A DNA stretch of 25,781 nt. It comes from an uncultured bacterium (GTDB taxonomy: Bacteria; Fidelibacterota; Marinisomatia; Marinisomatales; UBA1611). The DNA lies in NCBI GenBank assembly GCA_965660855.1, contig CBFIBM010000016.1:16206-41986 (forward strand), written 5' to 3'. This document shows, piece after piece, positions 1 to 9,017 of this stretch (its first letter is position 1; every line of letters begins with the position of its first letter). The position numbers and the translations under genes were made by a program. The notes below the pieces were generated by a model. That model ran no database searches. It was not told the DNA's origin and was given only the letters and a program-made list of their open reading frames with translations.

Positions 1-225
1 TTCTTGATTTTGTTCTTCTTGATTTTGTTCTTCTTGATTTTGTTCTTCTTGATTTTGTTCTTCTTGATTTTGTTCTTCTTGATTTTGTTCTTCTTGATTT
101 TGTTCTTCTTGATTTTGTTCTTCTTGATTTTGTTCTTCTTGATTTTGTTCTTCTTGATTTTGTTCTTCTTGATTTTGTTCTTTCTGGTTTTGTTCTTTCT
201 GGTTTTGTTCTTTCTGGTTTTGTTC
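1..225. repeat. 15-bp coding tandem repeat (VNTR-like), at least 15 units, in batC
   Basis: 12 identical copies of TTCTTGATTTTGTTC (1-180) plus 3 copies of variant TTTCTGGTTTTGTTC (181-225). Encodes EQNQE/EQNQK on the minus strand and runs off the window edge. Confidence 0.97.
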
Positions 226-633
226 TTCTTGCTCTTGTATCATTCTTTTCGTTAATTCATAATTTATTTTAATATCAGAGTCCTCAGGATCAAGTTCCAT
301 AGCTTTTTTATACATATTCAAACCACTTTCAAGATCTTTATTTTCTGTAAACATATTTCCTAAATTGTAATAGGCTTTAGATGCTATATCATTATTCTTA
401 CTGTTTTTTGTTAAATTCCATAATTGACTGGCTGTGGTTACATCATTTTGCTGGTATGATGTTGTACCTAAACTATAGTTAATTTTATCATCATTTGGAC
501 TTCTTTTTTGGAGTCGCTCGTAATAATCTCTCGCTCTATTAAAATTACCTTTTTCATAATGTATTAAGCCCCTATCTTGGCTCATAGAAAAGGAAAAAAG
601 TAATGAGAATAAAATCTTATATTTTCTATTCAT
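1..633 (-). CDS. batC: BatC-like TPR protein with Gln/Asn/Glu-rich repeat region (3'-truncated by window edge)
   Basis: Not in ORF track because no stop lies in the window. Hand translation from ATG at 633: MNRKYKILFSLLFSFSMSQDRGLIHYEKGNFNRARDYY...INYSLGTTSYQQ...SKAYYNLGNMFTENKDLESGLNMYKKAMELDPEDSDIKINYEL, then QNQKE/QNQEE repeats; open to position 1. Signal-like N-terminus, TPR consensus (AYYNLGN, ELDP), directly downstream of batA-batB with an 8-bp overlap. Confidence 0.85.
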   Translation of the reverse strand, partial: MNRKYKILFSLLFSFSMSQDRGLIHYEKGNFNRARDYYERLQKRSPNDDKINYSLGTTSYQQNDVTTASQLWNLTKNSKNNDIASKAYYNLGNMFTENKDLESGLNMYKKAMELDPEDSDIKINYELTKRMIQEQEEQNQKEQNQKEQNQKEQNQEEQNQEEQNQEEQNQEEQNQEEQNQEEQNQEEQNQEEQNQEEQNQEEQNQEEQNQE

Positions 634-1630
634 TTATATTTTTTCGTGTTGGAATAATTAAATACGTAAATAAAAATAAAAAAGATATTGATGCAAAAAT
701 TTGATATCTGTCTTCATAATCTGCATATTCATGAGTAGAAATTACCATTTTATCTAAATTATTTATTTCTTTTAATATATCATCATGCGAGTCTCCATTA
801 TTAGAGAACCAGAAAGCTTTCCCATTTCCATTATTAGAAATATCTTTTAAAATTTGACTATTAGGAATTGACGTAACCAATCTTCCTTCACTGTCTCTTT
901 TAAATTCGATTTTATTTTTTTTAGATGTATTAATAGGTACTAGCCCTCCTTGAAGGCTGCCAACTCCAATTGTATAAATTACCATATTTAACTCATTTGT
1001 TTGTTTTGATATTTGTACAGCTTCACCGTCGTGATTTTCACCATCAGAAATCAGTATTAAAACTTTGTGTTTTTCTGATTCATCTTGATAAGAATTAATA
1101 GCAGTTTTGAGAGCTGAACTTATTGAAGTCCCTTGAGAAGGAATCATACTTGTATCAATTTCATCTAAAAACAAAAGAGCGGCTTCATAATCTGTAGTAA
1201 GAGGTAAATATAGATGACTTGAACCAGCGAAGACAATTATTGCAACTCTATCACCATTTAAGTTTTTAAATAAATTTCCTATTTCAAATTTTGCTTTTTT
1301 TAATCGCGAAGGACTTACATCATCTGAATCCATACTAGTAGATATGTCTAAAGCAATAACTAAATCTACCCCTTTCCTTTCAATTGGTCTTAAACTTTTT
1401 CCTATTTGCGGTCCTGTTGATGCAAGACCTAAAGCTAAAAGCCCCAAAAAGAGAAAGTTTTTTTTCAATCTAATTTTATTGGGGGCAATATTTTGAGATA
1501 TAGTGATATTTAATTTATCAGATATACCCGGGAAAATAGATTTTGCATTTTTGAATTTAGTAAAGAGTATTATCTGCATAATAATTAAAAGTAAAATAAA
1601 AATAAAAACCCAATAAAATCGAAATTCCAT
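626..1630 (-). CDS. batB: BatB-like membrane-anchored VWA-domain protein
   Basis: MIDAS DxSxS (DISTSM), 'PSRLKKAK', 'GDRVAIIVFAG', 'PLTTDY', 'GTSI', 'LISDGE'; N- and C-terminal hydrophobic segments; follows batA by a TAATG overlap. Confidence 0.85.
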   Translation of the reverse strand: MEFRFYWVFIFILLLIIMQIILFTKFKNAKSIFPGISDKLNITISQNIAPNKIRLKKNFLFLGLLALGLASTGPQIGKSLRPIERKGVDLVIALDISTSMDSDDVSPSRLKKAKFEIGNLFKNLNGDRVAIIVFAGSSHLYLPLTTDYEAALLFLDEIDTSMIPSQGTSISSALKTAINSYQDESEKHKVLILISDGENHDGEAVQISKQTNELNMVIYTIGVGSLQGGLVPINTSKKNKIEFKRDSEGRLVTSIPNSQILKDISNNGNGKAFWFSNNGDSHDDILKEINNLDKMVISTHEYADYEDRYQIFASISFLFLFTYLIIPTRKNINE

Positions 1631-2595
1631 TAATTATTTCCTTTATAAAAAATATTAAGTAGAAACAAAATAAATCCTAAAAAAAAAGCTGGTATTATGA
1701 ACCAACCAAATAATTCCTTGTATAATGTATATTCTTTAACCTCAATAACAGATCGTTCTAACATGTCAATTTCGTTGTATATATCAAATAGAGCATTTTC
1801 ATCAATCGCTCTGAAATATTTTCCATTTGTAATTCTAGAAATATTTTTAAGCGTTTCCTCGTCTATTTCATTTTTAATAATTCCTTGACCCGGAATTCTA
1901 GTAAAAGATTGATTAGTACCAGCTCCAATCGCATATATTTTAATACCGAAACTCGCAGCTAACTCTGCAGCAGTTTGTGGGTCTATTTCACCCTTGTTAT
2001 TGCTTCCATCTGATAAAACAATCATTACTTTATTTTCAACTTCACTTTTTCGCAATCTATTTGTTGCATTTGCTATTGCCATCCCGATTGCAGTTCCGTC
2101 ATATTCTTTTGGAACAATAGTTATTTCTTTAACTAAAGATTCAAGAACTTCTTTATCAACAGTAAGAGGACATTGAATGAATGACTCACCAGCAAAAACT
2201 ACTATTCCAACCCTATCATCAATTCTTTTTTTTATAAACTCAGTTGCCGTCTTTTTTACTACTTCTAATCTATTTGGTAAGAAATCATCGGCTAACATGC
2301 TTGAGCTGATATCTAAAACAAGTATAATATCAATTACATCAATTGAATTTGTTTTTAGTTCTTCAATAGACCTTGGTTTTGATAAACCTAATACGATAAG
2401 AACAAGAACTAATAAGTGGATAATAATTAAGAACCAGTTCTTAATTAGTCCTGATTTCTTAATATTATCGTTTGTGAACGTCAATGAACTTATTTGAAAA
2501 ACAGCCTCATTGTTTTTACCACGCTTTTGGTACCATAAAACCCATACTGGAATAAGTATTAGAAGGAATAGATATTGGGGGTATTGAAATTCCAT
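1630..2595 (-). CDS. batA: BatA-like membrane-anchored VWA-domain protein
   Basis: N-terminal 'F.YP.YLFLLILIP' BatA-type segment, MIDAS DISSSM, 'PNRLE', 'DRVGIVVFAGESFIQCPLT', 'DGTAIGMA', 'LSDGSNNKG', 'IDEETLKNI..TNGKYFRA'. Confidence 0.88.
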   Translation of the reverse strand: MEFQYPQYLFLLILIPVWVLWYQKRGKNNEAVFQISSLTFTNDNIKKSGLIKNWFLIIIHLLVLVLIVLGLSKPRSIEELKTNSIDVIDIILVLDISSSMLADDFLPNRLEVVKKTATEFIKKRIDDRVGIVVFAGESFIQCPLTVDKEVLESLVKEITIVPKEYDGTAIGMAIANATNRLRKSEVENKVMIVLSDGSNNKGEIDPQTAAELAASFGIKIYAIGAGTNQSFTRIPGQGIIKNEIDEETLKNISRITNGKYFRAIDENALFDIYNEIDMLERSVIEVKEYTLYKELFGWFIIPAFFLGFILFLLNIFYKGNN

Positions 2596-2689
2596 AACAT
2601 GAATTTTTATTTAAAACAATAATACTTTCTACTTAAATAGAGGGCTATTTGTTCCAAAAATTAATAAAATTCAAATATATATTATTTTT

Positions 2690-2896
2690 TTAACTTTCAT
2701 CCTTATTTCTTTTTATAGATTCTTCAACTTCTGTATTGGCATCTAAGATTTCTTTCTTACCAGTTTCAACAGCCCCCTTAAATTCATTAATACCTTTTCC
2801 AAGACCGCGTGCTAACTCTGGTAGCTTTTTAGCTCCAAAAAGGAGTAAGATACCTAAAAATATTAAAAGGATTTCACCTGAACCTAAATTAAACAT
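2690..2896 (-). CDS. tatA: Twin-arginine translocase subunit TatA/E
   Basis: 'LGSGEILLIFLGILLLFGAKKLPELARGLGKGINEFK' matches the TatA TM helix, FG hinge and amphipathic helix; AAGGA Shine-Dalgarno upstream. Confidence 0.95.
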   Translation of the reverse strand: MFNLGSGEILLIFLGILLLFGAKKLPELARGLGKGINEFKGAVETGKKEILDANTEVEESIKRNKDES

Positions 2897-2927
2897 ATAA
2901 TTCCTTAACTTTATTCTATGTAAATAA

Positions 2928-3215
2928 TTATCTAAAGTACCTTAAGATATAATAAGCACTTGCAAAGCCAATTATGCTGGTAAAATTAAAATTCATTGAT
3001 AGACCAAATTTCATGACAATTACACTTAAATCAAGGACTAATACCCCGGTTTCACTATTAGTTGCACCACCAATATTAAAATTTAAACTTGTCAAAAAAA
3101 AATCTTTCACTACTCCATTTGGAAGTAGCCAACCTAATAAATTTCCTATCACCCCTCCAATCATCGCCCCTGAAAAAAGGCCAATAATAATCAAAGATAT
3201 ATCTCTATTTTTCAT
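2928..3215 (-). CDS. Small membrane protein, DUF4321-like
   Basis: 95 aa: Gly-rich TM helix (GLFSGAMIGGVIGNLLG), then 'LDLSVIVMKFGLSMNFNFTSIIG', resembling the DUF4321 pattern; ATGA overlap with the pssA stop. Confidence 0.65.
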   Translation of the reverse strand: MKNRDISLIIIGLFSGAMIGGVIGNLLGWLLPNGVVKDFFLTSLNFNIGGATNSETGVLVLDLSVIVMKFGLSMNFNFTSIIGFASAYYILRYFR

Positions 3216-3946
3216 GGTTGAATTTTCGAGCTAAGATCATTTTTTTTATTAACAAAAATTAACCAATGAATTGTATTCCAGCTAATAAAAACTATTGTTA
3301 ATGGTAGAAGAAATAAACCTCGAAGGATAACCATTCCTATGAATGACAAAATAAATACAACCAGTAAAAGTGAATTTGACCTACCTGATCTAAATGATAG
3401 AAGAGGAAACTTAGCAAAATGAATTGGACTTATCATTAGGTATCCAAGAAGAGCAGTTAGCATTAGCGCAGTCCTCGGGTCTCCATAATTACCATAGACA
3501 TGGTGGTTAAAAAAAAGATATGAAAATAGTGTGATGGTAGAAATTGGAGTAGTTAATCCCTCTGTAAAAGACTTTTTATTTCCAAATTCTTGTTGAATAT
3601 TAAATTTAGCCAACCTTATGGAACCAAACATCAAGGGAATAAAAGCAATTATTCCTCCTAACAAAGGATGAAGGCCTTCAACGTAAAGTGTGTATACCAA
3701 AACGGAAGGAACAACACAAAAAGAAACAGTATCAGCCATAGAGTCAAATTCAATCCCAAACTTTGACTCGATTCCTAATAATCTAGCAATTTTCCCGTCA
3801 AATATATCAAACATTCCAGCAAAAAGGACAAAAACACCAGCTTTCACCGGCTCACCATTTATTATAAGTCCAATAGCAAGGAAACCAATAAACATATTAA
3901 ATAGTGTCAATATATTAGGTATTAGATGTTTAGGTTTTTTTTTCAT
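3212..3946 (-). CDS. pssA: CDP-alcohol phosphatidyltransferase, probably phosphatidylserine synthase
   Basis: 'IPNILTLFNMFIG', signature DxxDGxxAR...GxxxDxxxD ('DIFDGKIARLLGIESKFGIEFDSMAD'), 'RLAKFN', 'F.GL..P'; multiple TM segments. Confidence 0.85.
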   Translation of the reverse strand: MKKKPKHLIPNILTLFNMFIGFLAIGLIINGEPVKAGVFVLFAGMFDIFDGKIARLLGIESKFGIEFDSMADTVSFCVVPSVLVYTLYVEGLHPLLGGIIAFIPLMFGSIRLAKFNIQQEFGNKKSFTEGLTTPISTITLFSYLFFNHHVYGNYGDPRTALMLTALLGYLMISPIHFAKFPLLSFRSGRSNSLLLVVFILSFIGMVILRGLFLLPLTIVFISWNTIHWLIFVNKKNDLSSKIQP

Positions 3947-4038
3947 TATTGAATAATAATAATTTAAGTAATACGCAATACTAAAAACAATGTCATTGAA
4001 ATATTATTTTTTACTTAGTTTAAAAACTCAAGTATGAT

Positions 4039-5100
4039 TTATTGCTTGTATTTACCAAGTTTGAGTTCTTTAATTTCATATCTATTATCCTTATATATTT
4101 TAATTTTAAGTTTATCTCCGGCTCTCAAATCATTTTCTAGAATTATATTTCTTATGTCTAGTGGCTTATTAATACCAATCTCATTAACAGTTAATATGAT
4201 ATCACCAGCTTTTAAACCAATCTTTTCTGCGGGGCTATCATTATTAACTTCAATTATTATAACACCATTAAGAAAAGGAAGATTGAGATAATTCGAAATT
4301 GTTTTATTGACAGTTTGTACAATTAATCCTGTTGTATAACCACGATCAACCTGCCCAGTACTTCTTAATTCTTCAGCAATTTTCATTGCAGAATTAATTG
4401 GAATAGCAAATCCTATTCCTACAGCACTAGCATAATCATTATCAGAAAATATAAAAGTATTAATACCAATTATTTCACCCATTGAATTAACTAATGGGCC
4501 TCCAGAATTCCCGGGGTTTATAGCAGCATCTGTTTGAATCATATTTTGAAATACTCTTCCAGACTTCTGAACCCCAAAATCCATATTCGTAGCACTGATA
4601 ATTCCGACACTAGCAGATGGTTTATTATTTACTGAAAAAAGTTGAAAAGGATTCCCAAGTGCTATTACCCATTCACCAATAATCAAATTATCAGAATTTG
4701 CAATTTGAGCAAATGGAAAATTCTCTCCACTTAATTTTATTAACGCTAAATCTGTTGTAGCATCAATACCCACAATCTCTGCTCCAAACTCACTTCCACC
4801 ATAAAGAACAACAGAAATTTTATTCGCATTTTTAATTACATGGCTATTTGTTAATACAAAACCATCTGGACTTATAATAACCCCACTTCCGGAACTTTTC
4901 ATAGGAAAAATTTCACGAGGATACATAAAACCTAAGAAAGGGTCAAAAGAGAGACTAGAAGTTTTTTGCTCAACATTAATGCTAACAACCGCAGGTCCTA
5001 TTTTTTTAATTGCCCTCGTTATGGCTGTCTCTCTTGAATTGTTAATATTATTTCCAAAAAGAAAACTATTAAAAACAAGAATAACTATTATTTTAATCAT
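4039..5100 (-). CDS. htrA: HtrA/DegP-family trypsin-like serine protease with one PDZ domain
   Basis: 'GSGVIISPDGFVLTNSHVI' (His), 'TDLALIK' (Asp), 'QTDAAINPGNSGGPL' (Ser); C-terminal PDZ 'SPAEKIGLKAGDIILTVN'; signal-like N-terminus. Confidence 0.92.
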   Translation of the reverse strand: MIKIIVILVFNSFLFGNNINNSRETAITRAIKKIGPAVVSINVEQKTSSLSFDPFLGFMYPREIFPMKSSGSGVIISPDGFVLTNSHVIKNANKISVVLYGGSEFGAEIVGIDATTDLALIKLSGENFPFAQIANSDNLIIGEWVIALGNPFQLFSVNNKPSASVGIISATNMDFGVQKSGRVFQNMIQTDAAINPGNSGGPLVNSMGEIIGINTFIFSDNDYASAVGIGFAIPINSAMKIAEELRSTGQVDRGYTTGLIVQTVNKTISNYLNLPFLNGVIIIEVNNDSPAEKIGLKAGDIILTVNEIGINKPLDIRNIILENDLRAGDKLKIKIYKDNRYEIKELKLGKYKQ

Positions 5101-5842
5101 AAAATACTTTCTTTAAAATTAAACCTTGTGGAGGGGCTTTAAAAATCTTTACTTCTTTTTTAGGCTTTCTAATTAATTTTAAAAAATCTGATTTTGTAAG
5201 TTTTTTATCATTTACAGCAACCATACTTCCGACTAAATATCTTACCATATGGTGTAAAAATCTATTACCTACTATTTCATAATATACTATGCTATCTTTT
5301 TTTTTCCACTCTGAAAAAAAAATTTTACAATTTGTATTTAATTTTAGTTTATTAAACTTACTAAAAGATAGAAAGTCGTGCTCTCCTAAAATTTCGGATG
5401 CAAGGGAATTAAGTTTTGAGACTTTTAAATCACGTGTTTTCCAACATTGATTCCTATGTAATAATGATTTTCCAGTAAAACATTGATATACATATAATCT
5501 TTTAGTAGCATCAAATCTTGAGTGAAAACCATTATCGACCTTGGTAAGATTTAATAATTCAACATCTTTAGGGAGGTTTGCATTAATAGCATTTATTAAA
5601 TTTCTTGAATTCAAATTTATTTTTAAATCGACATGTACAACTTGCCCCCAAGCATGAACGCCTGTATCAGTCCTACCTGAACCATAAATTGGTATTCTAA
5701 TATTTGAATTCAATATCCTAATGAGAGCATTCTCAATTACACCTTGGACAGTTCTTTTATTTTTTTGTAATTGCCAGCCAGAAAAATTTGTACCATCATA
5801 TTGGAATATTAATTTATATCTTGAAGACAAAATGAAGTCCAA
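5093..5842 (-). CDS. truA: tRNA pseudouridine(38-40) synthase
   Basis: 'YDGTNFSGWQ', 'TVQG', catalytic 'GRTDTGVHA', 'FHSRF', 'GEHDF', 'FLHHMVR', 'APPQGL'. Start is TTG, at either 5842 or 5830. Confidence 0.96.
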   Translation of the reverse strand: MDFILSSRYKLIFQYDGTNFSGWQLQKNKRTVQGVIENALIRILNSNIRIPIYGSGRTDTGVHAWGQVVHVDLKINLNSRNLINAINANLPKDVELLNLTKVDNGFHSRFDATKRLYVYQCFTGKSLLHRNQCWKTRDLKVSKLNSLASEILGEHDFLSFSKFNKLKLNTNCKIFFSEWKKKDSIVYYEIVGNRFLHHMVRYLVGSMVAVNDKKLTKSDFLKLIRKPKKEVKIFKAPPQGLILKKVFYD

Positions 5843-6533
5843 AAATTAATATTACCATAAACAGAAGTATGCAGTAATCATATAATTTCATTGGGATGAA
5901 GGGATAGCCTGTGCGAGGATATTTTTTGCCATATCCTCTCATTTCCATACTCCTAGTTAACATATCTGTTTTTGATAAATTTATAATTATGAAATCAGGT
6001 ATATTTTTAGATAAAGATATTATTTTTTTCCTAATTGAATTCTTTTCATCATAAACTGATAAGGCCTTGTGCCCTCTCTCTAAATTTTTCCATTGGCTTA
6101 TTATTCCTGGATAAAACCTTATTACTAAATCTAGGAATAGAATCATTTGATCAAAACTTTTACTTTTTATGGAAAGTTTATATTGTAAATTTTTAATTGA
6201 AGAAATTATATCATCTTTTTTGGATAATATTGTAAATGCTAACATTAAACTCACAACTCCAAAATATCTAATCGTTGATTTTATGACATCAATTAGGTTA
6301 TGCGATAACTCTTTATCCGAAATTATTATTGAAATTAAAAAGAAAAAAGACCCACTAATTGGAAAAAAAAACCAGATTTTCATTATTTCTTTGCTCCATT
6401 TTATCCAGATTCTATTAAGAGCAATAATTATAGATATGAAACATATATGAGCAAAAAGATTTATTATATTGTCTGATATTAAAATTGAAATAGCTATTAA
6501 AATAAAAAATAAAAAGCGAACTAATGGATTCAT
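5814..6533 (-). CDS. ecfT: Energy-coupling factor transporter T component (EcfT/CbiQ family), divergent
   Basis: N-terminal 'MNPLVRF', several TM helices, 'LVIRFYP', C-terminal 'SMEMRGY' coupling motif; sits directly upstream of truA as in the common ecfT-truA order. Confidence 0.75.
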   Translation of the reverse strand: MNPLVRFLFFILIAISILISDNIINLFAHICFISIIIALNRIWIKWSKEIMKIWFFFPISGSFFFLISIIISDKELSHNLIDVIKSTIRYFGVVSLMLAFTILSKKDDIISSIKNLQYKLSIKSKSFDQMILFLDLVIRFYPGIISQWKNLERGHKALSVYDEKNSIRKKIISLSKNIPDFIIINLSKTDMLTRSMEMRGYGKKYPRTGYPFIPMKLYDYCILLFMVILIFGLHFVFKI

Positions 6534-6534
6534 A

Positions 6535-7125
6535 TTAAAAGATAAAAACCATTTTAATACTTGGATTTTTAATATCCATTGATGGAAATAATTTAAGAGA
6601 TTTTTCTTCTTTTAATTTTTTTAAATAAAAGGCATCTATTGACGAAATTAGATGATTTACTACTATGAATCCCACAATAAATTTTCCTTGAATATTAAGT
6701 TGATCACTTTTAATTCTAATTTTTTCAAATTTTTTCATATTTAATTCTGAATCCCAACTCCATAAAGCTTCATTATATAATTTTTCGTTTTCTCTCCATC
6801 TAAGATGTTCCTCATCGTGATCCGAGGTATTCATATAATTTCCAATATCTACCCAAAATTTTCTATTTTTCCCAGAAGACTCTACGTTAGCATATCTTGC
6901 CGCAAATGATTTATATTTATTTTGTAAGTGCTTTGAGAACCCATAAGATGCAAAACATGCTGTTAAAGAAGAAAACTCAATCAGCATGAACATTTTATGT
7001 TTTTTATCATTTTCTAATTCTAGCTGCCCCCAACCAGGAATAATTGCAGATTTAAATACTGGACTGAGTTTTTGTGAGTAAGATAATCCACAAAAAAATA
7101 TTAATACAATTAATTTTTTGAACAT
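6535..7125 (-). CDS. Hypothetical exported/membrane protein with SAxxPGWGQ motif (DUF5683-like)
   Basis: Signal-like N-terminus, 'KSAIIPGWGQ', two hydrophobic segments, 'NHLISSIDA', C-terminal Phe; exactly fills the gap between lnt and ecfT. Confidence 0.7.
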   Translation of the reverse strand: MFKKLIVLIFFCGLSYSQKLSPVFKSAIIPGWGQLELENDKKHKMFMLIEFSSLTACFASYGFSKHLQNKYKSFAARYANVESSGKNRKFWVDIGNYMNTSDHDEEHLRWRENEKLYNEALWSWDSELNMKKFEKIRIKSDQLNIQGKFIVGFIVVNHLISSIDAFYLKKLKEEKSLKLFPSMDIKNPSIKMVFIF

Positions 7126-8600
7126 CGTACCGGTCCTAAAAAAAGAAAAATAACAAAACAGATCAAAGGGAAAAAATCTCCATTTCTACTATAAAAAGAT
7201 CTATGTGGGTTTATAGGTATTTCTTCAATAAATACAGATTGAGATTGGATTTCTTTATATTGTTTCACTTCACCCGTTGGAAGTATTACACCTGAAATTC
7301 CTGTATTCCCTGATCTTACAACAGGAACTCGGTTTTCAATAGCCCTTAGTATTGCTGATGAAAAGTGTTGATAAGGTCCTGAAGACGTACCAAGCCAACC
7401 ATCATTTGCTTGAATCATCAAAATTTGTGCTCCTTGATTCGTAAATTTACGTGAATATCTCGCAAAACTGGATTCATAACAAATTAAATTCGCAAATTTA
7501 ATATTTTTCCATTCGAAAATTTTATAATTATTTCCACCTATGAATACACCTCTATCAATATTTAAATTTAAGTTTACTAATGGGTGTAAAAATTTTGGTA
7601 ATAAATCATATTCAGCAAATGGCACTAAATGAATTTTTGAATAAATTTCATATTTTCCCCCAGGAGTCATGAATAATGCACTATTAAAATACAATTTTTT
7701 ACCCTGCTCATCAAAGACTCTATCTACCGTACCAACTAAAATTGGAATTTTAGAATTATTTACTTTATCCTGAATTTTATTTCTTACTCTGATATCTAAT
7801 GTTAAATATGTTGGATATGCAGTTTCAGGAAAAAGAATAATTTCTGGTGATAAATTAATTGCTAGATTATGTAAAGAATCTATAATACCTATATTAGATT
7901 CTCTCGTTTTTCTATTCCATTTTTCATTTGGATCCAAATTTGGCTGTATCACAGCAACCCTTAATGATTCTTTTTCATTATAATTGTTATTTAATTTAAA
8001 ATTACCATAAATGAAAAAAATTAATATTATAAGACATAGTTTTAAAGCATGTTTTAATCCGTATTTATTCTCAATTAAAACTTGGTAAATTGAACAATTA
8101 ATATAAATGATAAAAAAAGAGGAAAAATATGGACCTAAAATATCATTTAACTGCAAAAAAGGTAAATAATTGGTTTGAGTCAAAGCAAGAATCCCCCAAT
8201 CAAAACCAAGTGGTCCGAAACTTCTGAACCACTCTAATGAAACAACTAAAAAAGGTAAATAATATTTAAAATCCTTATTTTTAAATAGACCAATGAGTAA
8301 TCCTGCGAGACCCCAGAATAGGGCAAGATAACAGACTGCAAAAAATAATGAAGAAATAACAACGATAAACTCTGCTCCAGAGTTTGCGCCTATCCAATAG
8401 TTAGATAGTAGATTATATAAAAAACCAAAAACATACCCGTGGACAAAATTTTTTTTATAATTATTTTGTAACCATACGTGTATCAGCGGAATGAATCCAA
8501 TATATGCTAAAAAACCTAAGCTCAAAGGATGATAAGAGACTCCAACTAATATTGAAGAAATAACTGTAAATATCCAGTTAGGATATCTCGAATTTTTCAT
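7110..8600 (-). CDS. lnt: Apolipoprotein N-acyltransferase
   Basis: N-terminal TM bundle with 'EWFRS..GFDW', nitrilase-fold triad E ('FPETAYP'), K ('YSKIHLVPFAEY'), C ('LICYES'), plus 'NDGW', 'QH', 'RAIENR', 'NTGIS'. Confidence 0.95.
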   Translation of the reverse strand: MKNSRYPNWIFTVISSILVGVSYHPLSLGFLAYIGFIPLIHVWLQNNYKKNFVHGYVFGFLYNLLSNYWIGANSGAEFIVVISSLFFAVCYLALFWGLAGLLIGLFKNKDFKYYLPFLVVSLEWFRSFGPLGFDWGILALTQTNYLPFLQLNDILGPYFSSFFIIYINCSIYQVLIENKYGLKHALKLCLIILIFFIYGNFKLNNNYNEKESLRVAVIQPNLDPNEKWNRKTRESNIGIIDSLHNLAINLSPEIILFPETAYPTYLTLDIRVRNKIQDKVNNSKIPILVGTVDRVFDEQGKKLYFNSALFMTPGGKYEIYSKIHLVPFAEYDLLPKFLHPLVNLNLNIDRGVFIGGNNYKIFEWKNIKFANLICYESSFARYSRKFTNQGAQILMIQANDGWLGTSSGPYQHFSSAILRAIENRVPVVRSGNTGISGVILPTGEVKQYKEIQSQSVFIEEIPINPHRSFYSRNGDFFPLICFVIFLFLGPVRCSKN

Positions 8601-9015
8601 TTTTATTTTTTTTTGAGTCTATGTATTGTTGTAAAAATATTGCAGCAGCAGCCTTATCGATCATGCTTTTATTATGACCTGTTTTTACATTTTGAATTAT
8701 TAATGATTTCTCTGCTGATAATGAGGATAATCTTTCATCTTGAAAAATAATAGGTAAATCTAATGTTTTAATTAAAACTGCAAATGATCGAACTTTTTTT
8801 GTTTGTGAAGTGTCTTTATTATTTAACCCAATTGGTAAACCAAGAATCATTGATTCAATCTGTTTTTCAATTTTAATTTCAGTTAATAACCTAAGGACAT
8901 ATTTATTCCCTTTATTTTCAATAGTCTTAAAAGGTGATGCTATAATTTTATATGGGTCTGATAAAGCCAATCCAATCCTAGAGTCACCATAATCAATACC
9001 TAGCAACCTCCCCAT
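8578..9015 (-). CDS. ruvX: YqgF/RuvX family nuclease (pre-16S rRNA maturation)
   Basis: 'LGIDYGDSRIGLALSD', 'GLP', 'DERLSS', 'IDKAAAAIFLQQY'. Confidence 0.94.
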   Translation of the reverse strand: MGRLLGIDYGDSRIGLALSDPYKIIASPFKTIENKGNKYVLRLLTEIKIEKQIESMILGLPIGLNNKDTSQTKKVRSFAVLIKTLDLPIIFQDERLSSLSAEKSLIIQNVKTGHNKSMIDKAAAAIFLQQYIDSKKNKNEKFEIS

Positions 9016-9017
9016 AT

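Noticed and set aside
1..225. Possible CRISPR array
   Set aside because: Units are head-to-tail with no unique spacers, lie in frame within a CDS, and no cas genes are present.
4..255. Plus-strand ORF of (ILFFL)n
   Set aside because: Antisense reading of the batC 15-bp repeat; the real frame is the minus-strand TPR protein.
2635..2650. Inverted repeat AAATAG-AGGG-CTATTT between tatA and batA as a terminator
   Set aside because: AT-rich 6-bp stem with no following U-tract on the minus strand.
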